In this document: in pieces, positions 47,470 to 60,454 of the stretch | Layout: each line of letters starts with the position of its first letter | Numbering within the stretch: the stretch's first letter is position 1 | Source: the human T2T-CHM13v2.0 reference genome, Homo sapiens | NCBI GenBank assembly: GCA_009914755.4 | Contig: CP086569.2 | Coordinates: 14,016,001-14,080,000 of the forward strand | Direction of reading: 5' to 3' | DNA: 64,000 nt | The notes under the pieces: generated by a model | Databases searched by the model: none | What the model saw: only the letters and a program-made list of their open reading frames with translations | What the model was told of the DNA's origin: nothing | Position numbers and translations under genes: made by a program

Positions 47470-47790
47470 CTATTTTCAGGCCACACATGCTGGCTCACAC
47501 CTAAATAGTCCCAGAGCTTTTGGAGGATCATGTGAAGCCAGGAGTTGAAGACCAGCCAAAGTAACAGAATGACACCACATTTTTACAAAAATAGATAAAT
47601 AAAAAATAAATAAAAATAAAAACATATGGTAGTCCTAGCTACTTAGGAGGCTGAGGTAGAAGGACTGCTTAAGCCTAGGAGTTCAAGGCTGCAGCATGAT
47701 ATGATTACACCACTATACTCTGGTCTGGTCAACAGAGAGAGATCCTATCTCTAAGACATATAAATAAAATATGAATATAAATATATATAT
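47470..47790 (+). mobile_element. Alu, old divergent (AluJ/FLAM-like), sense
   Basis: ggccacacatgctggctcacacctaaatagtcccagagcttttggagg..., running through to ctctggtctggtcaacagagagagatcctatctc. Confidence 0.7.
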
Positions 47791-48165
47791 AAAATATAAA
47801 AATATAAGTACTGTTTTCATAGTTTTGAAGCACTAACCCATTGTGCATCAGATAGCTTCCTACTACCAACAAAAAGTTCAGTAGGGTCATATTTGGCAGA
47901 AATTTTCATATAGTAAGTGCTTGCCATTAACAAAAAAATTTCATAGGATTATTTTAAAATAAGTGAGTTCTGGGCTAAGAAAATTCGTTTATACAGGTAC
48001 ATAATGGACTGAAAGTATTCAGTGTACACAGGTGGATTACCAAACTGGTTATATACTTCAATGTCTTCCCTAATGAAACAACTGAATTAAGATTTCAAAT
48101 GGAGAAAAAAAGAAGAGTTGATTTACATTAACACTGCCTTTCATTTATATTTAAAGATGTCTTTC

Positions 48166-48466
48166 AGTCAGGTATGGTGGCTCAGGCCTGCAATCCCAGC
48201 ACTTTGGGAGGCTGAGGCAAGCAGTTCACTTGAACCCAGGAGTTTGAGATCAGCCTCGCCAACATGGTGAAACCCCAACTCTACTAAAAATACAAAAATT
48301 TGCTGGGCATGGTGGCACATCCCTTCAATCCCAGCTACTCAGGTGGCTGAAGCACAAGAATCACTTCAACCTAGGAGGCTGAGGTTGCAGTGAGCTGAGA
48401 TTGCACCACTTCACACTAGCCTGGGTGACAGAGAAAGGCTGTCTCAAAAACCAAACAAACAAAAAG
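48166..48466 (+). mobile_element. Alu (sense)
   Basis: tcaggtatggtggctcaggcctgcaatcccagcactttgggagg, running through to gacagagaaaggctgtctcaaaaaccaaacaaacaaaaag. Confidence 0.9.
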
Positions 48467-49553
48467 ATACCTTTCATTTGAAGACAGTTCTAATTTTACA
48501 ACTGTTAATGATATCAACGTTTTAAATTTAGTTACTATTAGAAATGGTGTTTTTATATTGTTGAAGATGCCTGTACTCAAATCTGTTTCTAAAAAACTTC
48601 TGATTCTCTACTGGCAATACAATAAAGTCCTAAAACCTCAAATTAGGCATATTAATCTTTGTTAAGACATTGAAAAATCTTACTTTTGAGCCAGGGAATC
48701 ATATTCACTGCTTTCTGAAATTCAGTATGTTTTGATTTCAAGTCACTAGCTCACACCTTTTTCCCTACCAAAAATGCCTTCGCCTTTTCTTCTTCCTATT
48801 GCAATACTGTCTACAGTTGAGGGCAGTGGTTCCTAACCTCTTCCTCTTGCCCAATGCCTTTCATTTAATAGCCTTAGGAAAATCAGATGAAAGTTACAAA
48901 CCCATGTCACATTCAAACACAAAATTTTGCGTGTAATTTCACAGAATTCATAGGTCCCCTCTGAAGCCATGAATCTCAGTTCAAATTTTCTAAATGAAGA
49001 CTTAACTGCATATTGCAGACATACCACAAAAGGCCTGATGTATATGCCCATTTCTCTAAAGTTATGAAGACCACGAGAGGAGAGAGATAAGGACAGAAAT
49101 GGAGAGAGGGCATGTATAAGCAGACAGATTACTTTGAGGAAGGTCCCTGAAAAAAAGTAGAGGTTAAGGTGAGATGTGAAGAAAGAATAAACAGGATTTA
49201 TACATGCAGGGATGTAGGCTTAGGGCATTATGCCAAGGGAATAATATAAGAGAGTGAAAAAATGATTGGATGATAAACATTCATCTAGCTGATATGATAG
49301 TTTATCAACATAAATGAGTATACATAGCTCTTACCATATTGTATTATAATTATCTGTTGATGCATCTATTTTTCCTACTAGCAGATATGCTATAAGCACT
49401 TAGCACAGTACCTCATTCAAAAACTGTATGCAAAAATCTTAGTTGAGTAAATGTTGAAAGGTGAAATAGTAGGTTCAATCACAGAAATCTTGTGATGTAA
49501 AGATTTTAAGAAGTATTTACAAAATTACGAGTTGCTTAAGAACTTAAACTTCG

Positions 49554-49861
<308 letters not shown>

Positions 49862-50061
49862 TTAAAATTCATGAGTATCAACCAACACATAAAATATATA
49901 TCCCCCTAATATTTTCATTAGACTAATTCCTCTTAGAAATCTTAACAATACTCTAAAATTCAGTTTTTAAAATTACTTACATTAAATAAAATTCAGAAGC
50001 ATTAAAAATAGTTTATGGCTAATACATCTTTCAAATTCATACTGGTCTCTTTCTAACTCCA

Positions 50062-50412
<351 letters not shown>

Positions 50413-50659
50413 TCAGTCTTCATTTTTATTTTGAATGAAAGAAATTTATAAAAATAATATGTTGTATTTTATTATATGTGTCAGTATATGAAGACACTAA
50501 TGAGCCTAGAATCACTCTTTTGCAAAATAGGCCATTGAATTATTCTAACAAAAGGCATTGTTTTCAAACACTATGCAGGAAGTAAATACTAAAAAATGAA
50601 ATTGCCTAGACAGTTAATATCCTCATGTCCCTTCTAATACATTCTGACAAATCACTTAC

Positions 50660-50820
50660 CATTGGGATCACAGTAGTGCAGCTGACCCTTATTAGCCATC
50701 TGTGCATCACGTCATGTTCCATATCATTAACTTCAGCCTTTAATAGCTCTAGCTCCCCTTTCTCAAGTTGCAGCTGCTTTGCTAACCTCTCCATCCTTGC
50801 TCGTTGATGTAACAGCAAGG
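50660..50820 (-). CDS. Candidate internal coding exon (161 nt) of an unidentified host gene: ...LLLHQRARMERLAKQLQLEKGELELLKAEVNDMEHDVMHRWLIRVSCTTVIPM
   Basis: Minus-strand ORF 50606..50932. Acceptor (TA)n-AG at 50821-50822 and a consensus donor ATG|GTAAGTG (the + strand cacttac at 50653-50659). The translation contains a coiled-coil-like heptad pattern. Confidence 0.35.
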
Positions 50821-51597
50821 CTATATATATATATATATATATAAGCATTAAAGATAGGGCCATTGCAGAGAATAACACTGAAAAATCTACCTGGAAATTT
50901 ATGTATAAAATAATCATAAGAAATCCTATCATCTAACTTTAATTGGCATTTCCTCACATTTCTTTCAAGTTTTATTCCACTTATATGGGATAGAACTAGA
51001 CAGACCAAAATGTAACTGCTGCATCTATACATCCATGTAGTTATGTGATATTTTCAATCAGATTCTTTCAAACTGTAAGTGTGTGTGTTTTAAAAAGGCC
51101 CAATATCACACATAGTAGCATGTTCATTCTAATTCCAATTCTATGTTATAATTATCATTACCCCTTTCAGTACTTTTTCACTCCAAAGTTTAAATTCTTT
51201 CACTTTGATGAAGATTAGCATCCCTCTAAAAATCTATTTTCCCCTCTCTGAAGTCTGTACTTTTGACGATATACATTTTACTTATTGACATCTTTCTCTC
51301 ATTATCCTCAGAAGTATTTTAGGTCTTCTCATGCCGGTTTTTCATAAGAAAAATGTACAGGACTTTGTATGTAAGTAAATTTGTAGATGACTCTGAAGGA
51401 CTTGCCTTATCCTTATAAATTACATTGTTCAACATTTAATAAATATTAAACTTAATAGTGAATATAAATTACTTTATTTTGAATAAGAATTTAACTTTTC
51501 ACCTCAAAGATTGAATTTCATAAAACAATTAAAATTCACCTTGTACATAGGCATAGTCATCTGATCCAGAACTAGAACGCTGATATTTATGACTTAC

Positions 51598-51657
51598 CTT
51601 TTTTCCTCCAGGACCTGGAGTCACTAAAATTGGCTGAACGGGTTCTGGCGCTGCCAA
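51598..51657 (-). CDS. Candidate short coding exon (60 nt): ..GSARTRSANFSDSRSWRKK, phase-compatible with the exon at 50660-50820
   Basis: Consensus donor AAAAAG|GTAAGTC (the + strand gacttac at 51591-51597). The only open frame is the one entering the downstream exon as G+CC=Ala. The acceptor aatag is weak and has no pyrimidine tract. Confidence 0.2.
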
Positions 51658-52037
51658 CTATTCATCTTGGTCCATGAAATTTAAAAGATTTTCAGTTGTT
51701 GCTCCACCTACAGTAATTTTTAAAACTGCAGATAGATGTGGTATTATCTGAGGAGACTGTGATAGGGCACATGAAGGTCCACTTCGTTGTGTATATGTAA
51801 TATGCATGGGATTCACATTCATTGAAGGCTTTGATTGACTATACATTCCCCTTGAAGAACTTCAAGGTGTTACAGTGCCTGCATAGAGAGAACGCCAATT
51901 ACATGGGGAAAGTTGATTACTGATGGGTGAAGGACAGCTATTAATTACTGTTCCAGGTCTTTGAGAAGGTTAAACCATAATTTCTGTCTTTTTCATGAAT
52001 CCTCTGTGCAAGCTAGATGTTGTGTATTGGATATATG

Positions 52038-52587
52038 CTACTGAATGATTTCACTGTTTCTGACAGCCAGGAGGTCCTGATTAGGTGGCACAAAGATGTG
52101 ACTACTTGGGTGGCCCAACTGGGAAGGCTGTACTTGATGATGAGGAAAGCTGAAGGGTGAAGAACATTGAGACCTAGGTGGTGACTGGTAAGCTGACTGA
52201 GAAATCTGCTGTTTGGGAGAATACTGAGATGTCTGGTAGTTCTGTTGATGTGGATAAACAGGTAAAGGATGCTGGCTATAATGAGGCAGTGGCCCTGTAG
52301 TGAGGACTACCATGGCATACTGTAACAGGTGTGCCTCACACAAATAGAAGCAGGAGAACCATTGTATTGCTTGGAATTTGTAAACCTCTTGGTACCGTCT
52401 GTTAAGAAGCAAGGTTTTGAGATACTGTAATGGTAACAGGATTTGTACTATACTGAGGAATGTGCACAAATGAAGGAGGAGGTGGTGATGGTAGTGCACA
52501 CCCTTGCATAGCAGACAGATTCATTTCCATTTGCATGGAAAATGACTGTTGAGGTGGCTGTGAAGAAGGAATACCTGCATTGCTGTG
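52038..52587 (-). CDS. Candidate large coding exon region, Q/P/S/H-rich low-complexity. Open in three successive frames, which implies frameshifts or unannotated small introns.
   Basis: Acceptor tttttatgattgaacag|CACAGC at 52588-52589, in phase with exon 52688-52918. The translations are HSNAGIPSSQPPQQSFSMQMEMNLSAMQGCALPSPPPPSFVHIPQYSTNPVTITVSQNLAS* (52402..52587), then another frame, then ...PLPHYSQHPLPVYPHQQNYQTSQYSPKQQISQSAYQSPPRSQCSSPFSFPHHQVQPSQLGHPSSHIFVPPNQDLLAVRNSEIIQ* (ORF 52038..52499). Confidence 0.3.
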
Positions 52588-52687
52588 CTGTTCAATCATA
52601 AAAATTAAATTATAGTTGCAAGTGGCAGTCACAACAGCTGGAAATGAGTGTGGTTCTTGAACTAAATATATAAGCTGTTTTACTTAC

Positions 52688-52918
52688 TCTTTGGTGTAGA
52701 TCAATATGCCCATCACTTGAGCTATGTACCAGCGTTTGTCCACTATTAAGTTGAGCTCCATCTCCTGGGTGATAACTACGAGAAGACTGAATACCCAAGT
52801 TAATACACAAATGGTGATTTCTATTCATCTTGTTATCTGGACTATGGTATTCCAAATATAAATATTTGTTACTCTCCTGGGAAAGGGCTTGGCAACAGGC
52901 ATCAAGATTATTACTGGT
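52688..52918 (-). CDS. Candidate internal coding exon (231 nt, 77 codons): TSNNLDACCQALSQESNKYLYLEYHSPDNKMNRNHHLCINLGIQSSRSYHPGDGAQLNSGQTLVHSSSDGHIDLHQR
   Basis: Minus-strand ORF 52610..52948. Acceptor tttttcccgcccag|ACC at 52919-52920 with a good pyrimidine tract. Consensus donor CAAAGA|GTAAGTA (the + strand tacttac at 52681-52687). Only one of the three frames is open, and the exon length is a multiple of 3. Confidence 0.4.
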
Positions 52919-54344
52919 CTGGGCGGGAAAAATGATGAAAGTTAACACTAAAAAAACTGAAAATAGTGAAAATCACTCTTTGACTGACAGAAAAATTCAG
53001 TCATCTTAGAGTAAATAAAAATACTGGTTTAATCATAAAAAACTTCAAACTCAGTTATCCTGTAAAAGATATCAAAGTATTCACACACTTTACAAACACT
53101 TAGCTTACATTAGTTTACTTGTATAGTAGATTTATATTACATTACACTACTGCTAGAGAAATGTTACAAACTCTGGAAAAACTGCTAATAAATAGTCACT
53201 CAACAACTTTTCTGATTCCAGGTGTAAGACTAATTTTATATTTGTTACATCTCTATAAACAGAAATACTGAAGTAATCTTAGATTCACCACAATTGCTAC
53301 ATTATATAAATAACATCCTTTATTAATATTTAAACTAATAAACATAAAAATTACCATGCTTTAGTTTTCAAAAACCCTAAAGGAAAAAAGATTACAATGA
53401 AATCCCAAGTAAAAACATTCAAAATTCTAAAGCAATCTTCACTTTTTAAAACTACATTTACCCCACTACCTAAATTCAGTTGTCTTCATATTTACAACAG
53501 ATTTAAGCTAAGCAAAACAATCAACGACAAAAATAAAATCAATATTTTTGTCAACTCTGCCACAATTAGAGCAATTTAGCAGTAAAACTTATCTCTATTA
53601 TTTTAACATAACTCATTCATCTGGAGTTTTGAATTTTTCTTTCCCATTGATAAATGGCTTGGTATTCTTTCAAAATCATTTACTAACTTGAATTGTTTTA
53701 GATTATCCATTTAGAACAATTCATCATGTTGGATATAAAAATGCTCTAGAAATAAATGCTTAGTGCGGCAAAGTGAAACCAGAACCCAGGCAAAAGTTTT
53801 CTCATCAAGGCAATTTACTTCTGCAGAAGGGTGCCACTCACATCAATCAAGATAGCAAGAGCACAGGGAACAAAGGAGAACGGGGTTTTTTTTTATCTCT
53901 GATGCATGGTCCTTACCTCTGTGTCACTTCCCCATGGCCTGGGGTCGGACTGCACAATCTGAGCTGACCCACTTTGACCCAATCTGACCAATCTGACCAA
54001 GCTGACCCAATCTGAGCTGCAAATATTTTTCTAAATATGGAAGGAAAGAGGGACATTGGGAACAATGGTGAAGAGTGTGAGATGTGCAGTTTTGGGGAAA
54101 CAATGGATGCAGGTAACCAAGGGAACAAATGTGAGTTACTGATTAGAGCTGACAGGAAGTGGGTAGGCTTTTTAAAGTAACTAGGAGGCATGTAGAACAC
54201 AAAAGTTAGGTTTGGGAACAAAGAAAAAGGCACTTAGCAGTCTAAACCTTTGAAGAGAAACTCAGAAATTCGTTGTATCTTACAATCATAGCAAGGCAAA
54301 ATATTTCATGATTTGTGTGTGTGTTTCATGATTAAGGGAGTGGG

Positions 54345-54485
54345 TGTGAGGGCTCCCTCTGTTGCCCAAGCTAGAGTGCAATGGTACAACATAGCTCCCT
54401 GCAGGCTCAAACTCCTGGGCTCAAGTGATCCTCGTAACTGAGCCTTCTGAGTTGCTAGGATTACAGGTGTGGGCATTAGGCCTGG
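54345..54485 (-). mobile_element. Alu fragment (antisense, old)
   Basis: ctctgttgcccaagctagagtgcaatgg...ctcaagtgatcctc...gctaggattacaggtgtgggc...gcctggc. Confidence 0.7.
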
Positions 54486-54978
54486 CTCCAAAATATTAGA
54501 AATTTTGTGCAACAAAAGTCACAAGGAAAACTTCTCCATTCAAGAATTTAAGAACTCTTATAAAATGTTTTCTACTAAAATGAGAAATCTGAACTATTTT
54601 ATTAATCTTAGAATGTTTACTTCTCATCATTTATTTGCATGATTTTCAAATGACACAAGAGAAAACTATCATATTTCTTAAATTGCAACAACTACTTTTT
54701 TCTAGGATGAAACATTTTGATGCCCTAAGGGATCACCTACTCTATTTCACATTTACACATGCAGAAAGACATATGTAGAAATATACATAGTTTGGCTACA
54801 GGCACTTAATTAACTGGATAGTTTCCTGACTCCCAGTATCCTTTCCATTATAATACAGTAATTGTCAAAGACAATGTTAGGTCAAAAGTAAAGTACTATA
54901 CTGGGGGAAGTAAAAGAAGGGTAAGTCATATAAACCTTTGCAAAATATATTCTCTGAAAGCTCAAGAGCTGATTTGGT

Positions 54979-55693
54979 GGCTGGGTGTAGTGGCTCATGT
55001 CTGTAATTCCAGAACTTTGGGAGGCTGAGGCGGGTGGATCCCGAGGTCAGGAGATTGAGACCATCCTGGCCAACATGGTGAAACCACATCTCTACTAAAA
55101 ATATAAAAATTAGCTGGGCATAGTGCCACGTGCTGATGCATGCCTGTATTCCCAGCTACTCAAGAGGCTGAGGTAGGAGAATTGCTTGAACCTTGGTGTC
55201 ACGTGCATCTGTATGAAGAGACCACTGAACAGACTTTGTGTGAGCAATAAAGCTTTTTAATCACTTGGGTGCAGGCAGACTGAGGCTAAAAAAGGAGTCA
55301 GCAAAGGGAGATGGGGTAGGGCAGTCTTATAGGGTAGGTAGTGGAAAATTACAGTCAAAGGGGTTTTTCCTCTTGCGGTCAGGGGCAGAGGCTACAAGGT
55401 GCTCATTGGGGAGCTTCTGATACTCATTGTCCAGGATAAGGTCAATTGATCAGTTAGAGTGGGGCAGGAACAAATCACAATGGTGGAATGTCATCAGTTA
55501 AGGCAGTAACTGGCCATTTTCACTTCTTTTGTGGTTCTTCAGTTCTTCAGGCCATCAGGATGTATACGCACAGGCTTGGGCTCAGAGGCCTGACAGTGGG
55601 AGGTGGAGGTTGCAGTGAGCTGAGATTGCACCACTGCACTCCAGCCCGGCAATAGAGTGAGATTCTGCCTCCCAGAAAAAAAAAAAAAAAAAA
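54979..55693 (+). mobile_element. Alu (sense) split by a ~405-bp insertion. The Alu parts are 54979-55192 and 55598-55693.
   Basis: The Alu left part ends ...gagaattgcttgaacc and resumes gggaggtggaggttgcagtgagctgagattgcaccactgcactccagcc..., running through to a poly-A. Confidence 0.85.
55193..55597 (+). other. Unclassified ~405-bp insertion inside an Alu. It contains AATAAAGC and is possibly an LTR/SVA-related fragment.
   Basis: ttggtgtcacgtgcatctgtatgaagagaccactgaacagactttgtgtgagcaataaagctttttaatcacttgggtgcaggc... sits between the two halves of one Alu. Confidence 0.3.
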
Positions 55694-57527
55694 GAATTTG
55701 TCAGAACTTCAAAACAATATATATTTTTCCTATAATGCTTCTGTCACTGAGTACTTTTAAAATACTTTCTAAATAACAGGGAAAAGTATTAGTTGAAGTT
55801 TAAGAAGAATATAATCATAATTCAAAGATCTGTTTTTTTCTTAATCCTTTTGAAAACCATACTAATAAAAGAAGAAAAATTAGACATTAAAAAGAAAATT
55901 TAGCTTCAAAGGATTCAAGTTAATTCTCAACAAAAAATTGTCACTGTAAGAAATCCAAAGGAAAACACATCTAATTAGGAAACTACTAAAATATGAGTTT
56001 CATTTAAAACCTAAGTCAATTCTGGAAGCATTATTAAGTAATATACTTATTAATAAGCATGTATTTTAATTTTTGTCAATGAATTGATGATCTAAATAAT
56101 AATATTGCAAAAAAGAGACAAAATTTACATCTGTCAGCCTATTCAATATGTATCTGTAAAGTAATAAATTATTTTTTCCCAGAAAGAAAATTTGAAAATA
56201 TATTTTCAAGATATTTAAATACCATCTGTATGAAAGTGTTGTAAAAGAAAAACAAATCACAGTAAATCCAGTAAGTCTACAATAAACTGCTAAACTTAAA
56301 AAGACTGCATCCTTTTTTTAAAATGGATAATCAATTTATTAAAAAAAGTAAAAAACAAAAAAATTATTTAGGTTGGTAAAGAGTTGAAGGTTATTATGAA
56401 AAATAACAGTCTTCAAAATAATTCTAGATTAGAAAACAAAAGCTCAGAAAGGCATTAAGACTTATATATTAAATGTAAGCTATTGAATCTTATATATTTT
56501 TTGGAAATAGAGAAACTTCCCCAAGCAAATAGGTGCTAAGTCTCCAAGTTAATACACTCTGTTAATCCCAGGGAGGGGAAAAGATTAACAACTTAGGACA
56601 CTATTTGAATGCAATAAATTATCATGATATGTTTACAGAGTTATATTTAAAATCCCATTCCTTTAGTTTGGTTAAGTGAGATGAAAACTCTGGGCCGTGA
56701 AAAAGTTGTTGACCACAATGGTCTAAATAATAATAAAAACTCAAAAGTATTTCATGCCCTAGGACAGGAGGAAAGTGATTGCAAGGAGAGTAGGTTAAAT
56801 GAGAAACCCCACTTATGCTTAGTTTCACTCCACCATGATCCTTTGTTCTTTCAGAGACCAAACCATGTACAAAGTAATGGCTGAGATTCAGATTGGGGAT
56901 TTAAAAAAAGGCATATTAACACAAAAACTGTAAGTCCAAGGTCTAGACCTAGTATAAAGGCTTGCAAAATAGTGAAAGGTTTATGTTAGATCCTGAGTTG
57001 CTCATACTACAGTAAGGTTAAGTTTTAAGATGACAACTGTCTGTGTGTAAGGAAAATAAGTAGGTAAAAGTTCAAATCACAAGATTTTTTAAAAAAATCC
57101 TTGAAAAAGAGATTGTTGTCTCTTTTAGTGAGAGCACAAATTCTGTTCCACAGATTAACTATTTGAGTGAATGAAAATAAGCAAAGAGAAAGCAGGCTTA
57201 GGGTCATATATTAAAAAGTATTTATCTTTCCCATAACAGTGTGGAGGAATATATCTTGGGCCCCTTCAAGCTGGGAACCGCTCAGGGCAAATCTGCCTCC
57301 CATTCTATTCAAAGTTATCTCTCTGCTCAGAGAGACAGATGCATTTCTGATTGCCTCCTTTAGAAAGACTTAACAGAAACTCAAAAGATGTGTAGCCATC
57401 TATCTGTCTCACATCTACCTGTGACCTGCAAGCTCCCAATGGTGGGAGGGAGGGGAAGTACATGGAAGCGGGGGAAGGGGCAGGGGGCTTGCTTTGCGTT
57501 ATCTCTGCCTTTCTGGACAGAACTAAT

Positions 57528-57662
57528 GTTTATATTATATTATATTATATTATATTATATTATTTTATATTATATTATATTATATTATATTATATTATAT
57601 TATATTATATTATATTATTTTATATTATATTATATTATATTATATTATATTATATTATATTA
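57528..57662. repeat. (ATATT)n pentanucleotide microsatellite, ~26 units with two TTTTA variants
   Basis: tatattatattatattatattatattattttatattatatta... Confidence 0.95.
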
Positions 57663-58010
57663 ATGCCTTATGTCTCCCTAAAATGTATAAAACCAAGCCA
57701 TGCTGTGACCACCCTGGCACATGTCTTCAGGACTTCCTGAAGTTGTAGCACAGGCATGTCCTCAACCTCAGCAAAATAAAATTTCTAAATTAACTGAGAC
57801 CTATCTCGAATTTTGGGGGTTCACATTTTTAGTACACAAAGGGATTGTGAGTGGAGATGCCCCTGATCTTTGACAAATCTCCTATTGGTGCTTGGAACCA
57901 GCTTGAGCTAACTTTATGGCTGAAACAAATAGGACAATTTGGTGAGGTCTGATTCCAGAGAGTCCCTGAGCTCCCAAAATCTGATGAAGATTTTGCTGTA
58001 CAACTCCACT

Positions 58011-58037
58011 TTTGTTTTTTTTTTTTTGTTTTTTTTT
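58011..58037. repeat. T-rich homopolymer tract (T11 G T T9)
   Basis: cttttgttttttttttttttgtttttttttgg. Confidence 0.9.
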
Positions 58038-59036
58038 GGAGTTTTACTTGCTTCCAACACAAGGAAGGTGTTTTTTTTCCTGCTTCTATGATGATGGAAG
58101 GCAGGTGATTCCTTTATGGAGTTTGAGCTCCATTCCAAAAAGAAAGATGAGTTTGGATTTTTTTCCTGCTTCTAGGATGGTAGAGAGCCGTCTACAGCCT
58201 GAGACCCATCACTAGGTAAAAAAACCAGTTTGGGATTCTGTCTTGCAAATTATTTTTAAGCAACTCAAGTTAGCATTATTAGATATGAGTTCTAAATTTC
58301 TTTTCAAAGTATAGCAGGACCAGTCACAGACAAAACCTCTCAGACACCAGTTTTATGAAGGAAGGGGCTTTAATCAGCTGGGAGCATCAGTAGACTCGCA
58401 TCTCAAGGTCTGAGCTCTCTGAAGTAAAGATTCCTCTCTCATTTAAGGGCTTACATCCCTAAGGGGTCCACATGAAAGGGTCTGCAAGTAGGGGCTATGT
58501 GACTGAGGGCTACGTGCATCAGTGATGGGGGCTAGCAAAACAGAACAGAACAGAAAGTTTCACAATGCTTCCTCATACAATGTCTGGAATCTATAGATAA
58601 CACAGTGGTTAGGTCAGGAGTTAATCTTTAACTACCATGCCTGGTTTTTGGTGCCAAGCCCTCTGTCTATTGATCCCACTTCTGCTTCTTTTTAACTTTT
58701 TGCTTCCTTTTTGAAACAGGAGACAATGGGACAGGTGGTCTCCTTCCTTATTTTCCCCCTTTGAGTATCTCACTTATTAGTGGGAATTCTGACTTTCATC
58801 TTCACTATCTAGGTCTTTCTGTGAGACAGATCAATAGTGATTCATGTAATACACTTGTGCTGAAGTATTTTGGTGAACTAAAATAGTGAAAAATCTTCTC
58901 ATTATTTGAAGGAGCAAAGGCAGCAAGCAGGGGAGCAACAAGTAGGTTCCTATTATTAAAGCATCCATATGTCAGTATGTTTAATTCTTTGCCTTCTACT
59001 TTAAAACTTAACTTCCTCATAAAGCAACCTTTTTTG

Positions 59037-59250
59037 ATTACCTGCTCCCCCCTGACTCATTTCAATCACCTCCTCCACACTGACTCATTTCGATTTACCT
59101 GCTCCACCCTGACTCATTCCAATTACCTACTCCACCCTGACTCATTCTGATTACATACTCCACCCTGACTTATCCTGATTACCTGCTGCATCCTGACTGC
59201 TTCTGATTACCTACTCCACCCTGACTCATTCTGATTACCTGTTCTGTCAT
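59037..59250. repeat. Minisatellite, ~30-bp unit (ccaccctgactcattctgattacctactc), ~7 imperfect copies
   Basis: Repeated ...ctgactcatt(tc/cc)(aa/ga/tg)att(ac/ta)c(ct)(gc/ac)tcc(ac)cc(ct)... units are visible from 59040 to 59250. Confidence 0.85.
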
Positions 59251-60454
59251 AACCATTTTTCCTGCCAAACCACTCACCCTGTCACTTTCTTTAAATTAGC
59301 CAATTGGAATTAGTTTAGCCTGTGCTGTCTAATCCTAGCCAATAGGGGAACAACATAGCAGCAGGGCCACATGCATCAGGGATAAGAACCCCTTCCCTTC
59401 CCTTGTCCAAGTGTGCACTCACCACTGCTCCATCTGAAGGGTGCACCGTTCTATAGAAATAACTTGCCTTGCTGAGAATTTTTTAAAAAATTATATTCGA
59501 GTGCTATTTCTTTGCAGCATTGAAGCTTTATAAATAACAGCAATAATAACAAGCTGGTGTGAATTTCTCCTTACACTTAGAGCACTCAGAAGTCATATAA
59601 TTTATCGATGGTTTAGCAGCATTTTGTCCTAGCTGAAATACGGTAATGAGAATTTAAAAGTTTTTGTTGTTGTTGTTGTTATTGTTGTTAAAGGAGCTCA
59701 GTGGTTAAAGGTTAGCTTAATTAAAAGGCTAACATGCAAATTCTGTTTGTGCATGTATGCCTGTGTGCAAGTTTGTATTTAAGAGGCCTTCAGTTTTTGG
59801 TTATTTCTGTTTTTCTCTCCTAAATCTTTGTCTTTTTTTTAGCAAAAATTTTTTTCTTCTCAATTGACTGAATTCTGTTTTTCACCTGATTTTTTCACTA
59901 AAATAGTATTGCAGCAAAGGCTACTCTTGGCTTTTTAAGAAATAATGTAATTTAGACACTCAGAAATGTCTTTGTTTAAAAAAAATTAAGTGCACTTTGA
60001 AAGTGTCTCCCTCTAAAACAACTTTTTCTGTGTACCTTATGATTTGAAATTTGCAACTTGATTTTCACCTGAGTTGTTTCTTTTAATATGCAAATTTAAA
60101 GCTATTCAGCTAACAACTGCCTAGAGTTGTTAAGACAGGTTATAAAGCATCTGAAAATCTAAGGTAAAAAAAAAAGTGGGTGTGGGGTCTTTATGAATCT
60201 CTAAAAGGTACTTCCACAAGCATGTCTAATATGTCTATTTATTCATATGGTATACATAATGTTTCACTACTAAAAATATATAAAAGAGCTCTAATTAATT
60301 AGCTTAAAGAAAAATAAAGGTGCTTAAATCAGATACTAAAAATGAAAAGGCTAGTCAAATGCTTTTCAATTTTATGTAACTAAGGTAAAATCTTTAATAA
60401 CAAAGCTGGCCTTAAAATTCTTGGTAAAGTAATATTAGAAATTGCTGAGACCAG

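Noticed and set aside
57528-57662. The regular (ATATT)n array and the 59037-59250 minisatellite as possible CRISPR-like arrays
   Set aside because: These are eukaryotic satellites. The units are contiguous with no interspersed unique spacers, the host is a primate, and there are no cas-like ORFs.
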